DNA of 64,000 bases, taken from a plasmid. The stretch lies in sequence record NZ_CP035506.1, one strand, 5' to 3'. The notes under the pieces are model-generated. The model had not been told where the DNA came from and did not search any database. It saw nothing but the letters and a program-made list of their open reading frames with translations. A program made the translations under genes and the position numbers. Below, piece after piece: positions 55,848 through 64,000 of the stretch (the stretch's first letter is position 1; each line of letters starts with the position of its first letter).

Positions 55848-57452
55848 ATGACGGCCGCGAACGAGAATTCCCGCTCCTCCCTGGCGGCTGCGCTTCCCTC
55901 GGTGAACGCCCCCGGTTTCATGTGGTTCATTCTGCTTCTGGCCGGGTCGATCCCGATCTTCTGGATCGGCTTCGTCTCGTTGGCGAAGGCCTGGTCCACG
56001 CCGGAATACAGCCATGGGCCGCTCATTCCGCTGATCTCGCTCTACCTCTTCCTGCGGGAGCTGCGGCAGATGCCTCCGCCCGCGGCCGAGGTGCGGGACC
56101 GCTGGCCGGGGCTCCTCGTCATTCTGCTGGGCCTCGTGGTTGCGCTGTTCGGCAACCTCACCCGCATTCCCGACATCGTCACCTATGCGATGATCATCTG
56201 GGTGGGCGGTGTGGTCCTCACCGTCTTCGGCTGGGAGCGGGGCAAGCATCATCAGCTTCCTGTCCTGCACCTGATCTTCATGCTGCCGCTGCCGCAGTTC
56301 CTCTACTGGCACCTGACGATCTTCCTGCAGGGGATCTCGTCGGAGATCGGCGTGTGGTTCGTGCGCCTTGCCGGTGTGCCGGTCTATCTCGAAGGCAATG
56401 TGATCGACCTCGGGGTCTACAAGCTGCAGGTGGCGGAAGCCTGTTCGGGCCTGCGCTACCTGTTCCCGATCCTGAGCTTCACCTATCTCTTCGCCATCCT
56501 CTATCGCGGCCCCTTCTGGCACAAGGCTGTGCTGATGCTGTCGGCCGTGCCGCTCACCGTGCTGATGAACTCCTTCCGCATCGGGGTGATCGGGGTGCTG
56601 GTGAACTCCTATGGTATCGAGCATGCCGAAGGGTTCCTGCACTTCTTCGAAGGCTGGGTGATCTTCATCGCCTGTATCGGCATCCTGTTCCTGATGGCGA
56701 TGGGCCTGCAACGGCTGACGCGGAACCCGCTGCCGCTGGCGGAGGCGATCGACCTCGATACCCGCGGCATGGCGCCGCTCATGGGGCGCATCCTGTCGAT
56801 CCGCCCCTCGAAGGCGCTGGCGGCGGGGGCACTGCTGACGCTTGCCCTGTCGGCGGGCTGGGCGCTGCATGGCGGGCCGCAGGCCCAGCAGATGGACCGG
56901 GAGCCTTTCGCGCTCTTCCCCCGGCAGTTCGGGGAATGGTCGGGCGCGGCCTCCGGTCTCGACCCGGAGATCGAGCGGGTGCTGGCCGCGACCGATTACA
57001 TGAACGCCGCCTATACCGCACCGGGCGAGAAGGACTATGTGCATTTCTTCTCGGCCTATTACGAGAAGCAGACGGAAGGCGCCGGCATCCACTCGCCGGA
57101 AGTCTGTCTCCCGGTCGGGGGCTGGGAGATCTTCACCTTCCAGCCGCACGAGGTGAGCTTCCCGGGAACGCCCTACGGTACCTTCACCGTGAACCGGGCG
57201 GTAATCCAGAAAGGGTTGTCCAAACAGCTCGTCTATTACTGGTTCGAGCAGCGCGGCAAGCGGATGACCAACGATTATCTCGCCAAGGCCAGCGTCGTCT
57301 GGGACAGCCTGACCCGCGGCCGTACGGACGGGGCGCTGGTGCGCTATGTCACCCCGATCGGCACGAACGAGAGCGAGGCCGACGCCGATGCCCGCATTCA
57401 GCGGCTGATGGCGAAAAGCCTGAACGTCCTGCCCCGCTACATTCCGTTCTGA
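55848..57452 (+). CDS. Exosortase (EpsH/XrtA-like) fused to a C-terminal EpsI-family domain
   Basis: N-terminal 8-TM exosortase region ([30 protein letters not shown] with the conserved Cys, [10 protein letters not shown] with the conserved Arg). Then a roughly 230-aa periplasmic EpsI-like domain. 534 aa in total. Confidence 0.8.
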   Translation: MTAANENSRSSLAAALPSVNAPGFMWFILLLAGSIPIFWIGFVSLAKAWSTPEYSHGPLIPLISLYLFLRELRQMPPPAAEVRDRWPGLLVILLGLVVALFGNLTRIPDIVTYAMIIWVGGVVLTVFGWERGKHHQLPVLHLIFMLPLPQFLYWHLTIFLQGISSEIGVWFVRLAGVPVYLEGNVIDLGVYKLQVAEACSGLRYLFPILSFTYLFAILYRGPFWHKAVLMLSAVPLTVLMNSFRIGVIGVLVNSYGIEHAEGFLHFFEGWVIFIACIGILFLMAMGLQRLTRNPLPLAEAIDLDTRGMAPLMGRILSIRPSKALAAGALLTLALSAGWALHGGPQAQQMDREPFALFPRQFGEWSGAASGLDPEIERVLAATDYMNAAYTAPGEKDYVHFFSAYYEKQTEGAGIHSPEVCLPVGGWEIFTFQPHEVSFPGTPYGTFTVNRAVIQKGLSKQLVYYWFEQRGKRMTNDYLAKASVVWDSLTRGRTDGALVRYVTPIGTNESEADADARIQRLMAKSLNVLPRYIPF

Positions 57453-57475
57453 CTTGCTGAAGGCAAACTGAACAA

Positions 57476-57496
57476 CCCGGCTCCGGCCGGGTTTTC
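57476..57496 (+). terminator. Rho-independent terminator-like hairpin (CCCGGCTCCGGCCGGG + TTTTCT)
   Basis: GC-rich stem-loop followed by a T-run, 24 bp after the exosortase stop. Confidence 0.5.
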
Positions 57497-57784
57497 TGCG
57501 TTGCAGCATGTCGGGCGCAGCGAATCCCCCTTGTTCGGACACAACTTTCCAAAACGAAAGTATTCAACAGTTCACCTGCAAGCAGGTGGATGAAAGAGAA
57601 TTTTCAATCCTAAGACGAAGATGATTGCCTCTCCCATTTCGCGCCTCACGATAAAAGTTATTAAAAATAACACCTTTACGGCGAGCGCATCGGGCTATTC
57701 CAGCGAACAAGTTCAAGAAATTCCGATCTTTTGTGCCATATCGGGGACAAAGGCGCTCTCTTAGGGTCAGGACTCTTTCTCGGG

Positions 57785-58048
57785 TCATAGCCAGAACATG
57801 ACGGTTGCTGCGAGAGCGATGGCGGAAAGGAAGACCTTGGGGCACCTGTCGTAGCGGGTTGCGACGCGGCGCCAGTCCTTCAATCGCCCGAACATGATCT
57901 CAATCCTGTTGCGGCGTCTGTAGCGGCGCTTGTCATACTTGATGGGTATGCCGCGCGATTTCCGGCCGGGGATGCAGGGTTTTATCCCCTTGTCCTTCAA
58001 CGCTTCTCTGAACCAGTCGGCATCATAGCCGCGGTCCGCCAGCAGCCA
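57785..58048 (-). pseudogene. IS5-family DDE transposase, C-terminal fragment
   Basis: Translation LLADRGYDADWFREALKDKGIKPCIPGRKSR...RRRNRIEIMFGRLKDWRRVATRYDRCPKVFLSAIALAATVMFWL is typical of the IS5/IS427 group. The frame continues upstream across the Tn3 insertion. Confidence 0.75.
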
Positions 58049-58086
58049 GGGGGCTGATGCCGGAGGGGGCAGGATCCTACGTTAAG
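58049..58086. repeat. Tn3-family 38-bp terminal inverted repeat (left)
   Basis: GGGG...ACGTTAAG architecture. The tnpA stop codon lies inside the IR. Confidence 0.8.
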
Positions 58087-60967
58087 CCCTTTTCGGCCAC
58101 TTGTATTCGCCAGTGAGCAGGACATGGGCCCAACCGAGGGGCGAGATGTGCGCCAGAAGGTTCGGCGAACAGTCCAGGCCTTCGCGGCGGCGGCTGGCGA
58201 CGGCCTGGCCGAGATGCTTGGTGTTCCAGTAGATGACGATCGCGGCAAGAAGGTTCAGCCCGGCCATGCGGAAGTGCTGGGCTTCGGAGGTGCGGTCCCT
58301 GATCTCGCCCTGGCGGCCGATGCGGAGAGCGTTCTTCAGCGCGTGGTGGGCTTCGCCCTTGTTCAGGCCGATCTGGGCGCGGCGCTGCATGCCGGCATCA
58401 AGCAGCCAGTCGATGATGAAGAGCGTCCGTTCGACCCGTCCGATTTCCCGCAAGGCGACCGCCAGTTCATGTTGCCTCGGGTAGGACGCGAACTTCCGCA
58501 GGAGTTGGCTCGGCGGGATGGCTCCTGACGCCATGGTCGCCACGCTGCGCAGGATATCGGGCCAGTTCGCGGCGATGAGGGACTGCCTGATCTTGCCGCC
58601 GATCAGCCCTTTCAGCTCTTTCGGGCAGGCGGCCGGATCGAAGAGGTAGAGGCGCTTGGATGGCAGGTCGCGGATGCGGGGGATGAACTGGAAGCCCAGC
58701 AGGGCGGTGACGGCGAAGACGTGGTCGGTGAAGCCGCCAGTATCGGCATATTGCTCCCGGATCTTCTGCCCGGCGCTGGTCATCAGCAGGCCATCGAGGA
58801 TGTAGGGCGCTTCGTTCACGGTAGCCGGGATGGTCTGTGTGGCGAAGGGACCGAACTGGTCGGAGACATGGGTGTAGGCTTTCAGCCCGGGCTCATGGCC
58901 GTACTTGGCGTTGATCAGATTCATCGCCTCGCCCTGGCGTGTCGTCGGGAAGAACTGCCCGTCGCTCGATGCGGTCTGTCCGGCGCCCCAGAACTGCGCC
59001 ATCGGCAGTGCCGACTGCCCGTCGATCACCATGGCCAGGGCGCGGGCCATCGCCTCGCTTTCGACATGCCAGCGCGACAGGCGGGAAAGCTGGAAGAAGT
59101 CGTGCGTGTTCGTGGCCCCGGCCATCTTGCTGAGGCCGAGATTCAGCCCCTCGGCAAGCAACACGTTCAGCAGGCCGATCCGGTCCCTGCACGGCGCGCC
59201 GGTGCGCAGATGCGTAAAGGCCTCGGTGAAGCCAACCTCCGCATCCACTTCGAGCAGGAGATCGGTGACCCTGACTTCCGGCAGGCGGCCATAGAGGTCG
59301 AGCACCAAGGCGTCGGCTTCCTCGGGAACCGCCGCAGCCAGCCGGTCGATTTTCAAGGTGCCGTCCTCGATGGAGCCTCCCGGCATGGTCCCGGCCCTAG
59401 CCGCACGCGCCAGGCGATGCAGGGCGTCAGCCATTCGGGCTTTGCGGTCGGCCAGCCAGGTTTCCGGCTCGAACGGCATGGCCAGCCTCGGCGTGGCGCG
59501 GGCGACGTCGACCGGGACCAGCGCTTCCTTCAGGTCGCCATACCTGCGCGAATGCGCCAGCCAGATATCACCGGAACGGAAGGCTTCGCGCAGATGGAAC
59601 AGGACCGCGACCTCCCATATCCGGTGCTCATCTTCGCCATCCAGGTGGCGGTGCCACTTCGAGGCGCGGCGCAGAAAGGTCAGCGGCCGGACGTCTGGTG
59701 TCGCCGTGCCCGCGATGACCGCGCTTGCCGCCAGCAGCGGCTCCGCCACGGGCGCGGCACAGATGTCGAGTACCCGCAGCATGCGCGGCGCATAACGCCG
59801 GAAGCGATGATATCCGTGACCGACATGCGCCAGCGGATCAGCGGCAAACGTGTCGGTCAGTTGAGCGGCCGTGGCGACAAGCCCCTTGAGGGATATCCAG
59901 CCGCCGGCATTGCCGACGGCCTCTTCGAGAGAGGCCCGATCCTCATGCGCTTCCAGGAGCGCCGCTCCCAATGTCCTGAAGGATTGCAGGGTGTCCTTCA
60001 GCGCCGATCTGGCATCGTCCATCCGGGCGTCACATCGTGACTTCGCCTCGCGCCAGGTCTTGCCCACGATGCGGTCATGGGTCTCGACGACAGCGTCAGC
60101 AATGGCGCAGCGCCATTCCAGCGCGCAGACCGCAAGGATGGCGAGGCGGCGGTCACCCGAGATATCCCTCAGATCGCCTGCGAAGTATCGCTCTCCCTGC
60201 CGACGAAGGCGGGCAACGCGGTGTGGCGGCACATCCGCCAGAATGCCCCGGTCCAGCGCCAGCGCGCGCAGGTATTCCAGCCGGTCCAGAAGGCGGTTCA
60301 TGTCGGCCGAATTCTGCCCGGTTTCGAACTGGCGCAGCCAGACGAACCGCGTGACCGAGCCGCCCGCATCTTCGGTCAGGAGGGCATCGAGACGTGCTCG
60401 CATGGCATCGTCCAGCCGGCCACCGATCCGGGCGTCGATCCGGCGCTCGGCCGCGACAAGCGCCTCCGCGCAAAGCCGCTCGATGACCGTGATCCCCGGG
60501 AAGATGGTCTGGGTTGCCCGGCACTGCTCGACGAAGCGCCGTGCCAGATCCTCGTTCGACCGGGCGGCTTCGGCGGCATCCTCAAGCCATATTTTCAGGT
60601 CACGTGCCCCACGGCCCGCGAACATCTTGTAGCCATAGATCTCGCGCAAGGCGGCCAGGTGCTCATGCCGGGTCTCTTCCCGGGTCGCATACCCGGCCAG
60701 ATCGTCAGGCCTCATCCCGAGCTGCGCTGCCAGAAAGCGCGTGACCGCCAGCGGAATGACCTCGCCCGGCGCCAGCAGCCGCCCCGGATACCGAAGCGCG
60801 CAGAGCTGCAGGGCGAAACCGAAGCGGTTGTGCGGACGACGACGGGCGCGGACGATCTCCAGATCGTCGTCTGCCAGCGTGTAGTGGCGCAGCATCGACG
60901 CGTCATCGGTCGGCAGGTCGAACAATGCCGCCCTTTGCCGGGCGGTCAGGATGCTGCGTCTTGGCAT
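58082..60967 (-). CDS. tnpA: Tn3-family transposase TnpA
   Basis: 961 aa. N-terminus MPRRSILTARQRAALFDLPTDD (DUF4158-like) and a large C-terminal DDE domain typical of Tn3 TnpA. Confidence 0.9.
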   Translation of the reverse strand: MPRRSILTARQRAALFDLPTDDASMLRHYTLADDDLEIVRARRRPHNRFGFALQLCALRYPGRLLAPGEVIPLAVTRFLAAQLGMRPDDLAGYATREETRHEHLAALREIYGYKMFAGRGARDLKIWLEDAAEAARSNEDLARRFVEQCRATQTIFPGITVIERLCAEALVAAERRIDARIGGRLDDAMRARLDALLTEDAGGSVTRFVWLRQFETGQNSADMNRLLDRLEYLRALALDRGILADVPPHRVARLRRQGERYFAGDLRDISGDRRLAILAVCALEWRCAIADAVVETHDRIVGKTWREAKSRCDARMDDARSALKDTLQSFRTLGAALLEAHEDRASLEEAVGNAGGWISLKGLVATAAQLTDTFAADPLAHVGHGYHRFRRYAPRMLRVLDICAAPVAEPLLAASAVIAGTATPDVRPLTFLRRASKWHRHLDGEDEHRIWEVAVLFHLREAFRSGDIWLAHSRRYGDLKEALVPVDVARATPRLAMPFEPETWLADRKARMADALHRLARAARAGTMPGGSIEDGTLKIDRLAAAVPEEADALVLDLYGRLPEVRVTDLLLEVDAEVGFTEAFTHLRTGAPCRDRIGLLNVLLAEGLNLGLSKMAGATNTHDFFQLSRLSRWHVESEAMARALAMVIDGQSALPMAQFWGAGQTASSDGQFFPTTRQGEAMNLINAKYGHEPGLKAYTHVSDQFGPFATQTIPATVNEAPYILDGLLMTSAGQKIREQYADTGGFTDHVFAVTALLGFQFIPRIRDLPSKRLYLFDPAACPKELKGLIGGKIRQSLIAANWPDILRSVATMASGAIPPSQLLRKFASYPRQHELAVALREIGRVERTLFIIDWLLDAGMQRRAQIGLNKGEAHHALKNALRIGRQGEIRDRTSEAQHFRMAGLNLLAAIVIYWNTKHLGQAVASRRREGLDCSPNLLAHISPLGWAHVLLTGEYKWPKRA

Positions 60968-61132
60968 GGCGATCTTTCAGGAAATCGTGATGGACGACCG
61001 TCCGTAAGGGGATCGGTGAGCGGACATGTGTCGAGAGGGTTGGGAGCGGTAAGGAAACCGCACTCCATCCTATCTCGTATAGATGGTACGATTTGATTCG
61101 CACATGCCGCCCCTTATCCGTACACTCGCTAC
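60968..61132. promoter_or_regulatory. Putative res site / divergent promoter region between tnpA and tnpR
   Basis: Position between divergently transcribed tnpA and tnpR, as in Tn3-family elements. Sub-sites not resolved by eye. Confidence 0.4.
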
Positions 61133-61720
61133 ATGACCGTGACCAAAATTGGCTATGCCCGCTGCTCCACCGACCGTCAGGACCTGACAGCGCAACGTGC
61201 TGCCCTTGCAGAGCTTGGGGTCACCGTAGACCGCATCTACACGGACCATGGCCTGACCGGCACGAACCGCGCCCGCCCCGGTCTCGACCAAGCGCTTGCT
61301 GCTGTGCGAGAAGGCGACGTGCTGGTCGTGCCGAAACTCGATCGCCTTGCGCGCTCGGTCCCGGACGCACGGGCCATCGCGGATCAGTTGGAAAAGAAGG
61401 GCGTCAAGCTTGCCCTCGGCGCATCGGTCTACGATCCGACCGACCCGATGGGAAAGATGTTCTTCAACATCCTCGCCACCTTCGCCGAGTTCGAGGCCGA
61501 CCTCATCCGCATGCGTACCCGCGAAGGTATGGCCATCGCCCGAGCCAGGGGCAAGCTTCGGGGAAAGCAGCCGAAACTCTCGGAAAAACAACAAAAAGAA
61601 CTGAGCCGGATGCACGCCTCCGGCGAATATTCCATCAGCGATCTCGCTGAGCTCTTTGCCGTCTCAAGACCGACCGTCTACAGGACGCTGCAGCGAAATC
61701 CGGCCAAAACTCAGCCTTAG
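61133..61720 (+). CDS. tnpR: Serine recombinase / resolvase TnpR
   Basis: N-terminal catalytic motif IGYARCSTDRQDLTAQ and C-terminal HTH. The stop codon lies within IR-R. Confidence 0.9.
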   Translation: MTVTKIGYARCSTDRQDLTAQRAALAELGVTVDRIYTDHGLTGTNRARPGLDQALAAVREGDVLVVPKLDRLARSVPDARAIADQLEKKGVKLALGASVYDPTDPMGKMFFNILATFAEFEADLIRMRTREGMAIARARGKLRGKQPKLSEKQQKELSRMHASGEYSISDLAELFAVSRPTVYRTLQRNPAKTQP

Positions 61721-61753
61721 CGTAGGATTCTGCCCCCTCCGGCATCAGACCCC
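61716..61753. repeat. Tn3-family 38-bp terminal inverted repeat (right)
   Basis: The reverse complement matches IR-L at 34 of 38 positions. Confidence 0.8.
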
Positions 61754-62264
61754 AGCCAGTCCGCCTTTGGCAAGCTGCCCAGAAGTGCTGCGGCACCCGT
61801 GTAGTCACTGACCTGACCTGCGGTCACGAAGAAGCGGATTGGCCGGCCATCAGCATCGGTGACGGCGTGCAACTTGGTGTTCATGCCGCCCTTGGTTCGG
61901 CCGATCAATCGGCCCCTCTGATCGTTGGCTCCCCCTTTTTCGCTCGCAGGCTGGTCGCCGTGCGATGCGCCTTGAGATAGGTCGCGTCGATCATCACCGT
62001 CTCCGGAACTGCCGACTCTGCCGCCAGGCCGAGCATCATCCGGGCGAAGACACCCCTGTCGCTCCACCGCTTCCAACGGTTGTAGAGCGTCTTCGACGGG
62101 CCATACTCCTTGGGAGCGTCGCGCCATCGCAAACCATTGCGATTAATGAAGATAATGCCGCTGAGAACGCGCCGGTCATCAACACGCGGCTTGCCATGGC
62201 TCTTGGGAAAGAAGGGCTCCAGGCGCGACATCTGCGCCTCCGTCAGCCAAAAGAGGTTGCTCAT
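61754..62264 (-). pseudogene. IS5-family transposase, N-terminal two-thirds (orfA + start of orfB, with a putative -1 frameshift site)
   Basis: orfA MSNLFWLTEAQMSRLEPFFP... and orfB ...GMNTKLHAVTDADGRPIRFFVTAGQVSDYTGAAALLGSLPKADWL. The reverse strand has a GAAAAAGGGGG slippery-like motif near 61931-61942. The frame joins fragment 57785-58048 exactly once the TSD is removed. Confidence 0.7.
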
Positions 62265-62474
62265 TCATCGGTCTCCTTGCGGAGCCTGAATCATGCTGAA
62301 AGCGCAAGATCAATGGGTCCTGACCCTAAGCGCAAGCAGCTGAGTTTTATTAATAAACTAGGAAATATTAAAAAAACCACTGTCACGCCGCATCGCAACA
62401 TGTTAATAATTGACATAAGCGTGATGAACTCGGCTCCGGCCCCTGAGCCGATTGGCAGAATTATGGAGAGAAAC

Positions 62475-63026
62475 ATGTTGAAGAAGGTTGTTACGGCTGC
62501 CCTCATCGCCGCGGCCTCCGCTGCCTCGGCAAATGCTGCTGTCATTTATGCAAGCAGCGTGGTTTCGGCTAAACAGAAGGGCTATGTTGCGCCGGTGCGC
62601 AGCAACCCGATCGCAGCAACGGGTGCCGAGGATGGGAGCTTCTACTCCCTCGGCTTCGGTGGCAGCATCGTGCTCGGCTTCTCGAGCCTGGTGAGCGGCG
62701 CTGGGAAGGTGTTCGAAGTCACCAACCTCCCGCGGGAAACCTATATCGAGAGCGCGATCTTCTCGGTCAGCCTCGACGGAAAATCCTGGACCACTCTGGG
62801 AGAATACTCCAACCAGGTCAGCTCGCTCTATTCGGCGACGCCGTTCCTCTTCCTCAAGGTGGAGGATACCAGCCCGGTGATCGCCGGCCATGGCCGTGAC
62901 GGCTATGACATCGACGCCATCGGCTTCGAAGAATATGTCGCCGCGGTTCCGCTTCCGGCGGCGGGCCTGCTGCTGATCGGTGGTCTGGCCGGCCTGGGTG
63001 CCATGAAGCGCCGCAAAGCGGCCTGA
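62475..63026 (+). CDS. Secreted protein with C-terminal VPLPA-CTERM (PEP-CTERM-variant) sorting signal; candidate exosortase substrate
   Basis: Signal peptide MLKKVVTAALIAAASAASANA. C-terminus VPLPAAGLLLIGGLAGLGAMKRRKAA is a VPLPA motif followed by a TM helix and a basic tail. GGAGAG RBS 4 nt upstream. An AT-rich promoter region precedes it. Confidence 0.7.
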   Translation: MLKKVVTAALIAAASAASANAAVIYASSVVSAKQKGYVAPVRSNPIAATGAEDGSFYSLGFGGSIVLGFSSLVSGAGKVFEVTNLPRETYIESAIFSVSLDGKSWTTLGEYSNQVSSLYSATPFLFLKVEDTSPVIAGHGRDGYDIDAIGFEEYVAAVPLPAAGLLLIGGLAGLGAMKRRKAA

Positions 63027-63216
63027 GCCTCAAGAAACGATTTTCGGAACGCCGGTGCGATTGCGCCGGCGTTTTGCTTTCCGGGTTGCTTCCAAGGTTT
63101 CCCTTGCATCCTGGGCGTTGCTGGATCACCTCTCAGGCATCATGCGGCCCGACAAACCCCTTCCCGCCCGTCAGCGTCCCCGCTTCCCGCGGCGGGAGGG
63201 CATTCTGACAGACCGA

Positions 63217-63828
63217 ATGCGCGCCATGCCGGTGGTGCTCGTGCTGTTCGTGGCCTGCCTGATCCCGGAACTCATTCTTTCCGGAGCTGATTACGGGCTT
63301 TGGGGCGATCCCGGCTGGCGGCTCTGGGCCTGGCAGCATGGCGGCTTCTGGACGGGGCTTCTGGGCAACTGGCGGCCCAACTATGCCGCGCAACCCTGGC
63401 TCATGTTCCTGACCTACGGCTTCCTGCACGGGGGGGTGATCCATTTCGGGGTGAACATGCTCACCCTGTTCTCTCTTGCGCCACCGCTGGTGGAGCGGAT
63501 GGGACAGGGACGGTTCCTGCTGCTCTACATGGCATCCATGATCGGTGGCGGTCTGGGCTTTGCGCTGCTGTCCCAGTCTCCGCAGCCGATGGTGGGGGCG
63601 TCGGGGGCGCTGTTCGGGCTGGCGGGCGCGGTCATGGCGCTGAGCTGGCAATATCTGCGGGCACGGGGGGAGAGCCTCAGGCCGGTGATCCGGTCCCTTC
63701 TGTGGCTTGCCGGGCTGAACCTGGTCCTCTGGTGGGCGATGAGCGGGATGTTGGCCTGGGAAACCCATCTGGGTGGTTTCGTCGTCGGCTGGCTCATGGG
63801 CCTGTGGCTGGTGAGGGATGGGCGATAG
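63217..63828 (+). CDS. Rhomboid-family intramembrane serine protease
   Basis: Six TM helices, catalytic GASGALFGL (GxSG) and a downstream His in ETHLGGFVVGW. Start placed at ATG 63217; the ORF is open to 63055. Confidence 0.7.
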   Translation: MRAMPVVLVLFVACLIPELILSGADYGLWGDPGWRLWAWQHGGFWTGLLGNWRPNYAAQPWLMFLTYGFLHGGVIHFGVNMLTLFSLAPPLVERMGQGRFLLLYMASMIGGGLGFALLSQSPQPMVGASGALFGLAGAVMALSWQYLRARGESLRPVIRSLLWLAGLNLVLWWAMSGMLAWETHLGGFVVGWLMGLWLVRDGR

Positions 63829-63898
63829 CTGCATTGCAGCGACTTGTCATGCTCCGGCTCTGCTGGCAGGCTGCCATGACGACTTCGGAGAGATATCT

Positions 63899-64000
63899 TT
63901 GACGAAACATGTATTGGTCACTGGCGGAGCAGGGTATATCGGCTCCCATGCCTGCAAGGCATTACAGCGCGCCGGCTATGTGCCCGTCACCTACGATAGC
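63899..64000 (+). CDS. galE: UDP-glucose 4-epimerase (GalE) N-terminus, truncated by the window end
   Basis: Translation (L)TKHVLVTGGAGYIGSHACKALQRAGYVPVTYDS is the GalE Rossmann N-terminus. Probable TTG start with a GGAGAG RBS. Confidence 0.55.
   Translation, partial: MTKHVLVTGGAGYIGSHACKALQRAGYVPVTYDS

Larger units (their letters stand above)
58049..61753. mobile_element. Minimal Tn3-family transposon (tnpA + tnpR only) with 38-bp terminal IRs and a 5-bp target duplication
   Basis: IR-L GGGGGCTGATGCCGGAGGGGGCAGGATCCTACGTTAAG (58049-58086). IR-R (61716-61753) reverse complement is GGGGTCTGATGCCGGAGGGGGCAGAATCCTACGCTAAG. Flanking direct repeat AGCCA at 58044-58048 and 61754-61758. Confidence 0.85.
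57760..62329. mobile_element. IS5-family (IS427-group-like) insertion sequence, about 865 bp of its own, interrupted by a 3.7-kb Tn3-family element
   Basis: Terminal inverted repeats CTTAGGGTCAGGACTC (57760-57775) and GGGTCCTGACCCTAAG (62314-62329). The transposase reading frame is split in two pieces flanking the Tn3 insertion. Confidence 0.6.

Overview
High-GC (about 65-68%) alphaproteobacterial, probably Rhodobacterales-type, plasmid or chromid segment. It opens with a ParA/RepA-ParB/RepB partition module bracketed by four copies of a perfect 18-20 bp palindrome (TGTTTCGCGCGCGAAACA) that look like parS sites; no repC follows. The rest of the window is a large accessory exopolysaccharide (EPS) locus. 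It contains: (1) nucleotide-sugar genes (epimerase/dehydratase, DegT aminotransferase, ManC) together with an acyl-ligase/ACP/SDR/hexapeptide-acyltransferase cassette that suggests an N-acylated amino sugar. (2) Seven putative acyltransferases (four Acyltransferase_3 membrane proteins, three hexapeptide enzymes), a pyruvyl transferase paired with an FrhB-like protein, GT1/GT2 glycosyltransferases, a Wzx flippase and a Wzy-like polymerase. (3) Two paralogous two-gene modules, each a large SGNH/SASA-like protein plus a beta-helix/LamG protein; one beta-helix gene carries a near-perfect in-frame tandem duplication (two 562-bp copies spaced 597 bp apart); a PrsD/PrsE-like type I secretion pair lies nearby. 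(4) A complete exosortase-type export locus: ExeA-like ATPase, GumC/Wzz co-polymerase, BY-kinase, ExoY-like priming transferase, PrsT-like TPR lipoprotein, Wza-like exporter, outer-membrane beta-barrel, and an exosortase fused to an EpsI domain. Downstream of this sit a candidate VPLPA-CTERM substrate gene and a rhomboid protease. Between the exosortase and its substrate lies an IS5-family element whose transposase gene is split by a minimal Tn3-family transposon (tnpA, tnpR, 38-bp IRs, 5-bp TSD AGCCA). A galE fragment begins at the window end. All calls rest on reading the translated ORFs and the nucleotide sequence by eye; no database search was possible.
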